A stretch of DNA of 64,000 nt from Mobula birostris (taxonomy: Eukaryota), in NCBI RefSeq assembly GCF_030028105.1, contig NC_092395.1:44172459-44236458 (forward strand), in the 5' to 3' direction. The notes under the pieces were generated by a model. The model was not told where the DNA came from, searched no databases, and saw nothing but the letters and a program-made list of their open reading frames with translations. The number at the start of each line of letters is the position of its first letter. The first letter of the stretch is position 1. Shown one piece after another: positions 11,630 through 24,534 of this stretch. Made by a program: the position numbers and the translations under genes.

Positions 11630-14460
11630 TGGAGATTAGTGATGCCTCCACCTTCCTCCCATTTCACAGCAAACTTTCTCTCTCCTCAGACATGACCAAC
11701 CATCTCCCTGCCCCCTCTGATCCCAGCTTTCATCTGCTGAGTTTTCACAATTCCCTCCAACCTTCCCTTCTCTGAGGCAGAATGTTCTGTCTTCAGTAAG
11801 GGTGTCACCTTTGTACACCTGCACCTGCACCTCAGTGGGTTCCATGCCCTCCATGACGCTAAGGTCTTCTTCCATTGCCTCTGTCTCCATGCCTACTTCT
11901 TTGGCAAGGACACTCCAGCTCACACTGATTACCCCCTTCTCCTGTCTTCAACCCTCCTCCCCTTGTGAACACTCCACTCTGATCTTCTGCTTGCTCTGGA
12001 TGTTTTCATCGCTCACTGCCAATGGGACATCAACTATCTTGACTTTAGCACTCCACTCCCCAATTCCAACCTCACTCTCTCTGAACGTGCAGCTCTCAAC
12101 TCTCTCCACACTAATCCAAGCTCACCATCAAGCTGCAGACAAGGGACAGGGGTGGGTGCTATAGTTCTCTGTCAGACTGACCTCTATCAACCTGAGGTTA
12201 GGTGGCAACTTTCAGACACTTCCACTTACTTACCCTTTGAACAGGACCCCACTACGGAGCACCAGGCCATTGTCTCCCACACTATCACTGAACTTATCGA
12301 CACCAGGGATCTTCCATCCACTGCCACCAACCTCATAGTTACCTTACCCCACATGTCCCATTTCTACCTCATACCCGTGATCCCTAAATCTGTCTGTCAA
12401 GGTAGACTCATTGTTTCTGCCTGCTCATGCCCACTAATCTTGTGCCTGCATATCTCAACTCTATTTTATGCCCCCTGTTTCAGTCCCTTCATACCTACAT
12501 TGGTTACACCTCACATTCTTGCTCTTTGCAAGGACTTTAAGCTCCATGGTCCCAATCATCACATTTTCACTATGGATCTCCAGTTTCCATACACCTCCAT
12601 CCCCCTTTAGAAGGGCCTTAGAGCTTCAGCTTCTTTCTAGACAACAGACCCAACCAGTTCACATCTACTACAACTCTTCTCCATCTGGCGGAACTAGTCT
12701 TCACCCTCAAGAGTTACTCCCTCAGCTTCTCCCACTTCCTTCAAACCAAAGGTGTAGCCATGGGCACTCACATGAGTTCAAGCTACACCTGCCTTTCGTT
12801 GGCTACGTAGAACAGTCCATGTTTCACAGCTACACCAGCATCGCTTCCCAACTGTACCTATGCTACATTAATGACTACATTGGTGCTACTTCCTGCATCC
12901 TTGCTGAGCTCATCGGTTTCATCAAGATTCCCTCCAACTTTCACCCTGCCCTCAAATTTACTTGGTCTATTTCCAACAACTTTCTCCCCTTTCTGGACGT
13001 GTCTGAGTCAATGTCTGGGGCAGACTATCTATTGATTCTGAACTATTCCTCTTCCCAATCTGTCAGTTGTAAAAATGCCATTCCCTTCTCTCAGTTCCTC
13101 CATCTCTGTTGCCTCTGCTCTCAGATAAGGCTTTTTTTTAGATTATGAGGACACTCAGTCCTCATTTATTGTCATTTAGAAATGCATGCATTAAACAATG
13201 ATACAATGTTCCTCCAGTGTGATATCACAGAAACCACAGGGCAGACCAAGACTAAAACTGACAAAAACCACATAATTATAACATATAGTTACAACAGTGC
13301 AAAGCAATACCGTAATTTGTTAAGAGCAGACCATGGGCACGGTAAAAAAAGTCTCAAAGTCCCGATAGCCCCAATATCTCACACAGACAGTAGAAGGGAG
13401 AAACTCTCCCTGTCATGAGCCTCTAGTGCCGCTTGCTGATGCAGCATCCTGGATACACCCAACCACAGCCGACTCTTGAGTCCGTCAGAAAACTTCGAGC
13501 CTCCGACCAGCCCTCCGACACCGAGCACCATCTCTGCCGAGTGCTTCGACCCTGCCCCGGCCGCCGAGCAACAAGCAAAGCCAAGGATTTGGGGCCTTCC
13601 TCTCCGCAGATTTCAGATTACACAGTAGCAGCGGCAGCAAAACAGGCATTTCAGAAGTTTCACCAGATGTTTCATTCCAGAACAACTGCAATGTGCTCCT
13701 TCTTTAAAGAAAGGGGTTTCTCTTCCTCTACTCTCAATGCTGACCTCATTTGCATCTCTTCCACTTCTTGCACATCTGCCCACCACTACACCAGTTATTG
13801 GGTTCCTCTTGTCCTCACTAGACTCAACGTCCAGCACACAGTTCTCTGCATCATATCCAATGTGATCCCACCATCAAGCACATCTTTCCCTTCCACACCC
13901 CCCCCCACTTTCCAATTACCACAGGGATTGGTCCCTACATGACTGCCTTGTCTACCTTTCATTCCCACTGATCTATCTCCTGAGACTTACCCTTGCAAGC
14001 AGAGCAAGTGCCACAATTGCCCCTACATGTCCTCCCTCACATCCATTCAAGGCCCCAAACAATCCTTATCAGTGACGTGACACTTCACCTGCAAATTGGT
14101 TGGGATCATCTACCGTATCTGGAGCTCCTGGTGTGGCCTCCAGTATGTCGGTAGTTTGGAAGACCGTTTCTCCAAGCACCTTCACTCCGTCCGCCACAAG
14201 AAGCAGGATCTCCCAGTGGTTACCCATTTCAGTTCTGCTTCCCATTCCCATTCTGACAGGTCAGCCCATGGCCTCATCCACTGCCACAATGAGGCCACAC
14301 TCACTTTGGAAGAGCCACACCTAATATTCCATCTGGATAGTCTCTAACCTGATAGCGTGAACATCAATTTCTCTAACTTCTGGTAATTGCCCCCCTCCAT
14401 TTCTTCACTAATCCCCATTCGTATTTCCCTCCCTCACCTTATCTTCTTACCTGCTCATCA
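11630..14460 (+). mobile_element. Penelope-like element (RT + GIY-YIG endonuclease), degenerate
   Basis: RT motifs include GVAMGTHMSSSY.CLFVGYVEQ and YINDYIG (about 12750-12890). ORF 14096-14347 is GIY-YIG-like (GIIYRIW..CGLQYVG...RFSKHL). Confidence 0.85.
13135..13675 (-). mobile_element. Non-autonomous retroposon-like repeat inserted in the Penelope element
   Basis: It interrupts the Penelope RT region. Its terminal ~100 bp (tagattatgaggacactcagtcctc..ttattgtcatttagaaatgcatgcattaaa) recurs at about 1391-1490. Confidence 0.6.
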
Positions 14461-14872
14461 CCTACCTCTGGTTTTCCTTGCACTTCATTTACTTACATAA
14501 TCGTTTGTCCTATCCAATCAGATTCAATCATTAACTGGTTCCATTTAATATCAGCGAATGTATACAACATAAAATTCTTACTCATTGCAGACATCCACAA
14601 AACAGAAGGATAACCGCAAAGAATGAATGACAGGAAAATGTTAGAAACCCAAGACTCCCCCCCCCACCCCATGCACAAGCAGCAGCAAAAGCATCAACAC
14701 TCCTCCCTCCACCTTGCCCCACCTGCCTCAGCAAAAGCATCAGCGTCCACCCCCACCACCGCCCGCCATCCAAGCCATGGCAAAGCCCCCAATGAGACCA
14801 GGATATAGAGTGCATCACAAAACCACTGTCCATCCTAACACATTGATATCCACAGGCTCTTTCTCTCACACT

Positions 14873-15170
14873 GTGTAGGCATGTGGCCAAGTGGTTAAGG
14901 CATTGGACTAGCGACCTGAAGGTCGTGAGATCGAGCCCCAGCCGAGGCAACGTGTTGTGTCCTTGAGCAAGGCACTTAATCACACATTGCTCTGGTGCCA
15001 AGCTGTATGGATCCTAATGCCCTTCCCTTGGAAAACATTGGTGTCATGGAGAGGGGAAACTTGCAGCATGGGCAACTGCTGGTCTTCCATACAGCCTGTG
15101 CCCTGGAAACCTTCCAAGGCACAAATCCATTGTCTCACGAGACTACCGGATGCCTATAAATGGATGCCTT
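14873..15170 (+). mobile_element. tRNA-derived SINE
   Basis: A-box TGGCCAAGTGG is at 14884-14894 and B-box-like GAGATCGAGCC at 14927-14937. A non-tRNA body follows (gtgtccttgagcaaggcactt...). Confidence 0.8.
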
Positions 15171-15779
15171 TATTTACTTTCTCTCACTGGCAAGGGCGAG
15201 AGAGGGTTTCCTCCTACCACGCTGAGAGGGAGATCAATGGCCCACTGTTTCAATGTTACAATCAGTAGGCCACTTCTCCACCTTCATCTCTTTCAGCAAT
15301 CAACTTCTAGCTCTTTACCTCCCAAGCTTCTCTGGGTTTCACCTATTACCTGTTAACTTGTACTTTTTCCTCTGCTCCCACTTACTCTGACTTATCCCCT
15401 TTTTGCCCAGTTCTGATGAAGGGTCACGGCCGAAAACATTGACTTTTCCATTCATGCTGCCTGACCTACTGAGTTCCTCCAGCATTTTGTGTGTGTTGCT
15501 TTGGATATTGAGTATCTGCAGATTTTCTCATGCCCATCAGTAAAAATATCCATGTACGCTCTGACACAAAAATGGACAACTAATATATCCAATATTGGCC
15601 CACAAAGAAGAAACTCATTATCAGCACAACCATTGAACTGGCTGTCACCAACGCCCATAAATAATGTATCAATGCATGTAAAGTGTACAAATGTCGTCAT
15701 GAGAAATTTGGTCGAAATAAGGAAAAATTGCTGAATTCCAGAGGTGAAACGAGACTGAGTCTCTGATTGGAATACTGCA

Positions 15780-18572
15780 CAGATGCAGTAGAAGCAGTCC
15801 TGCACAAGTCTGGTGAAGAGCTTTAAAAACCCAGTCTCCACAAAAGAGGGCTACCTGCTGGTGGTGTAGTCTGATCAGAGTGGTAGGGGTTTGGCTGAAC
15901 AGGGCTTCGGCAACAACGGGCAAGGCAAGGTACAGATAAGTTCATTCCTTATTTCTTACTTAACTCTTGACAGAATGGGGTTATGTCCACAGAGCCACTG
16001 TCCTGTTTTGGGTGTCAGATGTGGGATTTCGATGAGACTATCAGCTTCCCCGATGGTCACATCTGCACAAGGTGCATCGAGATGCAGCTCTTTAGAGACT
16101 GTGCTAAGAAACTGGAGCTGCAGCTCGATGACCTTCGGCTTGATTGTGGAAGTGAAGAAGTGATAGACAGGAGCTACAGGGAGGTACTCATCCCGAGCCT
16201 ATAGGAGACAGATAAATGGGTGACTGTCAGGAGAGGGAAAGAAGAATGTCAGATAGTGGAGAGCAACCCTGAGGCCATTCTCCTGAACAATAATTACTCC
16301 GTTTTGAGGGTTGGTGGTTACGACCTATCAGGGGAAAGCAACAGCAACTTTAGAGCGTAGAAGGTTGAGGGGGGACTTGATAGAGGTATTTAAAATTATG
16401 AGGGGGATAGATAGAGTTGATGTGGATAGGCTTTTTCCATTGAGAGTGGGGGAGATTCAAACAAGAGGACATGAGTTAAGAGTTAAAGGGCAAAAGTTCA
16501 GGGGTAACATGAGGGGGAACTTCTTTAGTCACAGAGCAGTAGCTGTGTGGAACGAGCTTCCAGCAGAAGTGGTTGAGACAGGTTTGATGTTGTCATTTAA
16601 AGTTAAATTGGATAGATATATGGACAGGAAAGGAATGGAGGGTTATGGGCTGAGTGCAGGTTGGTGGGACTAGGTGAGAATAAGAGTTCGGCACGGACTA
16701 GAAGGGCCGAGATGGCCTGTTTCTGTGCTGTAATTGTTATATAGTTATATGGTTAACTGTGTCTCTGACACTGAATCTGGTCCTGTGGCTCAGAAAGGTA
16801 GGGAACTGAAGAGGATGGCAGCAGTAATAGGGGACTCTGTAATTAGGGGGGCAGATAGGTGATTCAGTGGATGTGAAAAACAAACACAGATGGTAGTTTG
16901 CTTCTCAGGTACCAGGTTCCATGATGTTTTGAATGCACCCACAATATTCTGTAAAGGGAGGGTGAGCAGCCAGAAGTCGTTGTGCATATCGGTACCAACA
17001 ACATAGGTAGGAAAAGGAAGGAGGTCCTGAAAACAGAATACAGGGAGTTGGGAAGAAAGCTGAGAAGCAGGACCTCAAAGGTATCAATCCCAGGATTGCT
17101 GCCTATGCCTATGATAGGAATAGAATGAGGTGGCAGGTAAATGTGTGGCTGAAGAATTAGAGCAGGGATTGAGATTTCTGGATAATTGGGACCTCTTCTG
17201 GGGAAGGTGTGACCTGTACAAATGGGATGGGTTGCACTTGAATCTGAGGGGGACCAATATTTTTGCGGGCAGGTTTGCTAGAGCTGTTGGGAGTGGTTTA
17301 AACTAATAAGGCAGAGGGATGGGAACCAGTATGATAGAGCTGAGGATGAGCCAGCAGGTTTACAAGCAGGTGATGGAGGTAACATGAACATAAGAAAGGA
17401 CAAGCCAGTGATTGGGTACAAGTGCATACAGACCCATAAGTTAAATTGTACCACAGAGGAAAAGTTCAAAAGGGCAAAGAATGCAGGACTGAAAGTGCTG
17501 TATTTTAATGCACGTAGCATTTGAAATCAGGTGGATGAACTTCTGGTGCAATTAGAGATTGGTTGGTATGACGTTGAGGGCATCACTGTGGATGAAAGAA
17601 GGCCATAGTTGGGAGTTTAACATCAGAGGGTATACTTTGTATTGAAAGGACAGGCAGAAAGGCATAGGCAATGGTGTGGCTCTGTTGGTAAGAGATGAAA
17701 TTACATCTTTAGAAAGAGGTAACATAGGGTCAGAGAATGTTGAATCTTTGTGGGTGCAGTTAAGAAACCGCAGGGTAAAAAAAAATTACGGTAATCATAT
17801 ACAGGCCTCAAAATAGTAGCCAAGATGTAGGTTTGAGATTGAAAAAGAAGGTGGAAAAGGCACGAAATAAGGGGAATGTCACAATTGTAAAGGAGATCTT
17901 CAATATGCAAGGGGATTGGGAAAATCAGGTTGGTGTCAGATCACAAGAGAGGGAATTTGTTGAATGCCTACAAGATGAATTTTTAGGGCTGCTTGTGCAG
18001 AGCCTACCAAGAAAAATGTTATCTTAGATTGGGTGTTGTGTAATAATCCAGATCTTATTAGGAGCTTAATGTAAAGCAAGCCATAGGAGGCAGTGATCAT
18101 ATGATTGTATTCATACTGCAATTTGAGGGGGAGAAGAATAAGTCAGATGCATTAGTATCTCAATGGAATGAAAGGAATTACAGAGGCATAAGAGAGGAGC
18201 TTGTGCACGTGGATTGGAAGAGGATACTGGTGGGATACTGGAGGATGCTCCTATGATGAATGTATGGAGAACTAGAGGGCACACCCTCAGAATTGAGGGA
18301 CAACCTTTTAGAACAGAGGTAAGAGGATTTTTTTTGAGCCAACGAGTAGTGAATCTGTGGAATGCTCTGCCACAGACTGTGGTGGAAGCCAAATCTGTGC
18401 GTGTATTTAAGGCAGAAGGTGATAGCCTCTTGATTGATCAGGGCATCAAAGGATATGCCAAGAAGGCAGATGTATGGGTTTGAGTGGAATCGGAGATCAG
18501 CCATGATGCAATGTTGGAACAGACTCGATGGGCTGAATGGCCTAATTCTGCTCCTATATCTTATGGTCTTAT
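15780..18572 (+). mobile_element. CR1 LINE: ORF1 zinc-binding and esterase regions, partial endonuclease, internal deletion, 3' tail
   Basis: ORF 15983-16204 has C..CQMW...HICTRCIEMQL. The esterase shows VIGDS (about 16825) and VVHIGTN. An LYFNARS endonuclease start is at about 17500. The element ends in cttatggtcttatg. Confidence 0.85.
16350..16754 (+). mobile_element. Young CR1 3' fragment nested in CR1 ORF1
   Basis: The open frame LERRRLRGDLIEVFKIMRGIDRVD ends in a (gttatat)-type tail. It is flanked by aact at 16346-16349 and 16755-16758. Confidence 0.85.
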
Positions 18573-19492
18573 GAACTGACATTAACATCAAAGCAGCTTA
18601 ACTAAGTGTAGCATCTTGGATTGTTCTGAAAATTGCGTTGATTTTAAATAAACAAAATCTTTCCAAAGCTTGGTCTCATGCACAATGCACCTGTCTTGCT
18701 GCTCAGAAGCATCCTCTGTCCAAATGGGAGCTTAAGCTCTTTAAAATTAAATGTTGCAATGGTTAGATTATGTGATGGTAGTGGGTCAAGGAGGGGGTGG
18801 GTTCACATCCCATCTTGTTCTCGGTAATGCACTTCAATGGGTTCAGGATGTTGCTCAATCTGTCCTGCTTGTTGCAAAATATCTCCTCTGTTTTAGATGT
18901 AAAATTTGGTTTTCCATTCACAATTGTGTACTGTCATCTCTTTCATGCATCAGCTGAGGCATTGAGACTAATGTCTACCAATGGTTGTGTCCACAAAACA
19001 CCTCCCTTTTAATAGGAGAAGGAATTATATCAATAAGAATTAGTTAACTGGAAGGGTCTAGATAATCCACGTAAAATATGCTCATCGATTAGGCAGTAAA
19101 CAGTATTGTATTGGCTGCACTTTAAAATCATAATAATGTCATCGTTGTATAACACTTTTCTCATGGTCTTAAAATAAACCTCCAATGAATTTTAATGATC
19201 TTATTAACTATCAGTAACTTTAGATCCATCTATTAAAACATTACCCTGCTGTTAATACTTTGTTAGCTTTGGAATATTGAACGTCTAACTATTACAAGGA
19301 TCTCTTCCTATTGCTTTTATATTTTGCTGTGACCATTTCCAGTTCTTCTAACAATTCCACAACTTAGTCAGATGGACACGGTATGTAAGCCATATAAATC
19401 TTTACACAGCATAAATGTTCCCTCACAGGGTATGAATGAAACCTAACTGGAAGGCAAAACTTTGTGACACTAGGAGCTGGAAATGTGAAATA

Positions 19493-20070
19493 ATCAGAAT
19501 CAGGTTTATTATCACCGGCATGTGATGTGAAATTTGTTAACTTAGCAGCAGCAGTTCGATGCAATACAGAATCTAGCGAGAAAAAAAAATTAAAATAATA
19601 ATAATAATAAATTAACAAGTAAATCAATTATGTATATTGAATAGAATAAAAAATACATGCAAAAACAGAAATACTGTATATTTTTTAAAAAGTGAGGTAG
19701 TGTCCAAAGATTCAATGTCCATTTAGGAAAGCAGATGGCAGAGGGGAAGGAGCTGTTTCTGAATCACTGAGTGTGTGCCTTCTGGCTTCTGTACCGCCTA
19801 CCGGATGGTAACAGTGAGAAAAAGACATGCCCTGGGTGCTGGAGGTCCTTAATAATGGCTGTTGCCTTTCTGAGACACCACTCCCTAAAGATGTCCTGGG
19901 TACTTTGTAGGCTAGTGCCCAAGATGGCGCTGACTAGATTTACAAACTTCCGCAGCTTCTTTCGGTCCTGTGCAGTAGCCCCTCCATACCAGACAGTGAT
20001 GCAGCCTGTCAGGATGCTCTCCACGGTACAACTATAGAAGTTTTTGAGCGTATTAGTTGACATGCCAAAT
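19493..20070 (-). mobile_element. Rex1/Babar LINE 3' end
   Basis: ORF 19764-20084 reads NFYSCTVESILTGCITVWYG...HPGH..FSLLPSGRRYRS. A (GATTCT)n-type tail is at about 19493-19503. Confidence 0.85.
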
Positions 20071-21079
20071 GAGAAAGTGCTCAAAAATCTCTACAAGGCA
20101 GGTGACATTATGAGAAGCGAATGTTTCAGATCGATGATCCTTTATTACAAATGGAAAAATAAGAAAACCATTGTGTAACTACAAGTAAAAGCAGAGGCAC
20201 GGGATGCAGGAAATGGCGCTGTTGCTTTGTAGTTCCAGTGTGTGAATCTGTATCTAACCCTGTGTTCTGTACATATGGAATTTGGTTTTGCCTGTGACCT
20301 TGCTGTATTTGTCAAATGCACCAATTTCATGTCACATCCCAAAGATGTGCAACTGTAAAGGACACTTCGTGTAGTTACGTGAAAAAAAATGTGGTGGATG
20401 GGGGGGAGGTGTTTCTTGTCTGAAAGAGAAAATAAGGAAAATGAAGAGAGAGGAAATAGTACTGAAGGGATTCCTCTGTTGTTAGGAGTCATCAGTCCAA
20501 TGGGCTGAATGGCCTCATTCTGTATTTTAATAAATAACAGATATATAAAGGAGTTTTTGTTGTAGCATTTGAATACTGTCTTGTTCATGTAAAATAGTTA
20601 AGATGATTTTGCTCTTGTATTCATAACTTGTTCAGCAAGGGATACTGAGAGGGGAGTGCATCAGGGTTAGATTTCTCTGTTTGACGGGAATGGTGAGTCT
20701 TGGCCATTGATTGGTGGTTATATGGTGAGTGTGTTTTCTTTCTCAGGAGCCCAATGCTAAAGTGCCAGTGATGTCACAAATCAAAATTGGGGAGCAGTTT
20801 TAACATTGTGAATGAGCGAACACCCAGAAAAGGAAGCCTCTTCCAGACAAGGATGTTGCTTGACTTGGCATCAGAATTGTGGGTGTTCAAGCTTCCAGCC
20901 AGCTGCTAACATTCCACTGAAGATGGTCTGTGTCTCTCCCTCATATTAGGAAATTAGCCTGGCCAATTGATTGGGGTTCAGTGGGAGACTATTTTGGGAA
21001 AACTGATCAAAATCACTTAGGACAAATATGAAGAACAACAAATGTGGAATTTGGGGATGGTTGCAGTAAGGGGGTGTTA

Positions 21080-21815
21080 AATTTGTAAGAGGTAGGGGGA
21101 ATATATTCGGAGTATCTGTTATTGGAATTGTTCACATCTGGCATGTGGAGTTGCTCAATGGGACTGTCATGTTCCAATAGAGAGGGATGACAATATTCAA
21201 AGGTTGCAGAAACCTGGACAATCAGGGACGTGGCAGATTTGGTCAAAAAGGATGAGAAAGCATATGTAAGATTCACAAAGCTGATCATAGGCAGGTCTCT
21301 GAATGAATAAACAAAAATAGAAGAAAGCTCAAGAAAAGAAGTAGGAGAGCCAAAAATAGCCATGAGATCTTCTTGGTGAGTAGGATTTTAAAAAATCAAA
21401 AGGCACTTTATCAAAATATTAAAACCACAATAAAGTTTTTTGACCAGATGACAAAGATGTTTGCTGAGGATTAAGCAGTGCATGTAGTTTACAAAGACTT
21501 TAGGAGGTTATTTGACATGATCCCTGATGGAAGGCTGATCCAGAAATCTAATCTACATGGGATCTATGATAATTTGGTCCATTGAATTTTAAATTATGGC
21601 AGTGCAGTAGCATAGCACTCAGCATAACACTATTACAATGCAGCGACACGGGTTCAATTTCTGTTTGTAAGGATTTTGTTTGTACTCCCCGTGACCATGT
21701 AGGTTTCTTCCCACATTGCAAAGCTGTATGAGTTAGTTGTTTAATTGGAGACATGGATGTAATTGCACAGTGCAGACTCATGGGGCTATTAAGGCTTGTT
21801 GCTGAGCTGTATCTC
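21080..21815 (+). mobile_element. Degenerate CR1 fragment followed by a tRNA-headed SINE (about 21598-21815)
   Basis: CR1 ORF2-like remnants (VVYKDFRRLFD) precede ggcagtgcagtagcatagc...gggttcaattt, an A/B-box-like head. Confidence 0.55.
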
Positions 21816-22526
21816 GAAAAAAATGGTTTGGCTATCGAAGACAGGGTGTAGTATAGGACTAAGCCATTAGTGTCCCTGTGTGCAGTGAGGGGGAAGAGTG
21901 AGGAAGGAAAGCTGTGAGAATTGATAAGAGAAAAACTCCCACCTGTAGCAGTGTTGCTTGTTTTACTCTCTACCACTCCCATCTCCCTCCCTTCCATGTG
22001 TACATCTCTGTCAATCAGGCTGTTTCCCACATCTCTCTTGGTTGTTTTTCTGCCACTCACTCCTTCTCTCTTTCCATCTCTCAATCCCTCTTTCTGTACA
22101 CCTCTCATGATCTCCTGCTCTTTCTATATCTCTCTTTCTTTCTCTACCCTCTCTCTCTTTCTGTCTCTCTTTCTTCCCCATCCCCCCTTTCCCCCTCTTT
22201 CCCCTCTTTCCCCCTTCTTTCCCCTCTACCACCTCCAGAATAAACAACAGCTGGAATTCAGCCATTGTTGAAAATCTGGACTGCTGATTAGCCCATCCAT
22301 TGAGCTAAAGCTAAGGGGCGGGGTAGTTGTGGTGGACTTTGATCAGGGCAGAGAGCTGGTGTGGAGAGAGAGAGAAAGTAGTAATGGGGTTTGGGGAATG
22401 AGTGTAGTGGCAATACAAGAGAGGTTGAGGGTCTTCCAGGTACTAGTGAAGTAGGATTTGGGCAGGAGAATAGAGGGAGGACCAATGTGTGGCCCTCAAA
22501 GAAGCAGAAGGAGAATCAGTAACTAA

Positions 22527-24336
22527 TGTGAAATGAGATCCTGGCCGCCCGGTCTCGAACTCCTGTACCCAGACACCGACGTCTAGTGAAATCTTCAGGA
22601 ATAGCATGTCACCTTCTGACTGGGTACGTTTCGACCCTTGAATTCAGAAATTGTAGCTTTTCCAGTTTGTGTCAGAATTAGTCCGTGCTGGTGAAAAACC
22701 ATTGGCCCACAAAGTAAATACAATGCCTTCCCCCTTCACAGATGTTGCCCGACAACTCGAAAATTTCCAGTCATGTTTGTGATCATTCACCCAGTAATGA
22801 AGATAGCCAGATGGATCAGGTCTGGGACACATTATCAACAATACATAGCATAATTACGGACTATACCTTTAAAGAGAGAGAGAGAGAGTGTTGTTCAACA
22901 CCAAACACCTTGTTATTAAGAGAGAGAGAGACTTTGAGATGGTGTTATGAACCTCAAAGGTTCATAGTTTCTGTGGACTGTCACTTTAAGGCAAGAGAAA
23001 GAACTGAGACTAACTTTTGGATTTCGGAGAGAGAGGGCACCGAGCAGCTCATGGGTTGCCACGGTGACCGAGGGCCGCGTTATTTGAGTGAGTGAGGCCC
23101 TGGTTTAAACTTACAGTAGCCCAAAAAGGGGTAAGTTGTGATCGATCCTGAGTATTGATAAATGGCTCTTACAAGTTTTCTGCAACTGGAACAAGTTTGC
23201 AGGAAGAGAGAGAGGAGGAGCTGTTTGATGGACAGCTAGTATTTGGCACGGTGAGATAAATAGAAGGTCAGATGATAACCGGACAGACACATGGTTTTGG
23301 ACACTGGATGAGCTTTGTTGTGCCTGGAGAAAGGTGGGTTTTTAGAGGATCGGTTAGGAGAATCGATCAGTGGCTCTTGCAGTGTGGAGAAGGTGTGACT
23401 GGTGGAGGTGGTGTGATTCGTGTGTCCAATTCTCGCCTGGGTTGATAATTCCACCATAGAAGAAAGGTCCTCTTTTGTCGTGGTCATATTCGGTGACTTT
23501 AAAAGAAGAGAACAGAGGAGAGAAGGTTTGAAACAGAAGAAACCTAATGATAAAGAGGCAACTGTTTGGACTCTCTCTCTAAGTAGCCCGTAAGGGTGAG
23601 TTTGATTCCATTTGAATACGAAGGTGTGGTTGTCACATAGCTGATCTACAGGAGTGGGTTCTCTGGTGAGGGGAGTACCTTGTGAATACCACTTTTGTGT
23701 TACCATTGTTTGGGTGTGGTAGTTCACTGAAGAAAGGCACCCCTGTGGCAAATCACTGTCAGAGTTACCTTGTATGTCATGGAACTGGATAAGTGGCTAC
23801 CACGGTTTGTTTGGGGTCACCTTGTGTGAAAACTACCTGTGTGTGATAATCCTTGCCTGGGTTGGTAGTTTTACCACTTGAAGAGGGTCCCCTTAGTGAT
23901 AGACTACTGTTGGTGATAATCTATACGTAGATTCTGTTGGAGTATCCTGTGCCCACCACTTTGGGATGACCCGTAGCTGAATTCGGGTGTGGTACCACTT
24001 GAGTTGAAAGGATATTCGTTGAAGGTCACTGTCGGTGATACTTCGTGTGTGGAGTGGAACAACTTTGGAGATAAAACCTATCACTATTGTTGTTCTGTAT
24101 TGCTGTCGTGGAATCTGTGGAATATCGACATAATTTCCTTCTCACAACATTCGACTTTGGATTACAAACACCTCGCATTAATTAACCTGAAGAATTAAAT
24201 ATCTTTCTCTCGCCATTACTATTCAATTCAATACCACAAACTGAACTGAACTTTACACATCATTGTAAGACTATCTATTTACCCTAGACTTGAAGAAGCT
24301 TGATTTTCATATATTTCCACAATTTATATATTTATA

Positions 24337-24379
<43 letters not shown>

Positions 24380-24523
24380 TCACTGCTAACCTGTTTGATT
24401 TATCTGCATTTATATCACTGTATTGCATAGTTACTAATAAACTCCATTAGTTAATAGCATTACCGGGCTCCAAGGAGCTTTCCATTTCTGCTGGTTCTTT
24501 AATCCATCACGGGGTACGTGACA
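22527..24523 (+). mobile_element. Probable long solo LTR or non-autonomous LTR-type repeat
   Basis: The 3' end is ggggtacgtgaca, with AATAAA at about 24436. It is non-coding and contains a (TG)n(TA)n tract at 24337-24379. The left boundary and TSD are not resolved. Confidence 0.45.
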
Positions 24524-24534
24524 TAAAGAAAAAG

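Larger units (their letters stand above)
15530..19290 (-). mobile_element. Ancient LINE RT relic copy B, split by a younger CR1 (segments 15530-15765 and 18575-19290)
   Basis: The reverse complements of both segments align collinearly with 6960-7870. Shared blocks include ccaaatttctcatgac.acatttgta, cttctgagcagcaaga, gggaggtgttttgtgga.acaaccat and atctagaccctt. Confidence 0.7.

Noticed and set aside
14873-14945. tRNA-like sequence
   Set aside because: It has A/B boxes but no convincing acceptor stem, and it continues into a SINE body. It is a SINE head, not a tRNA gene.
15409-15445. Hammerhead-like CTGATGA...GAAAAC
   Set aside because: The cleavage triplet and stem III are mutated (ATT in place of GTC). 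The copies at about 32841-32870 and about 38035-38070 are similarly decayed, so none is called functional.
24337-24379. (TG)n(TA)n microsatellite and the G/C homopolymers at about 46711, 56846 and 61238
   Set aside because: These are ordinary simple repeats, and their lengths may be unreliable in the assembly.
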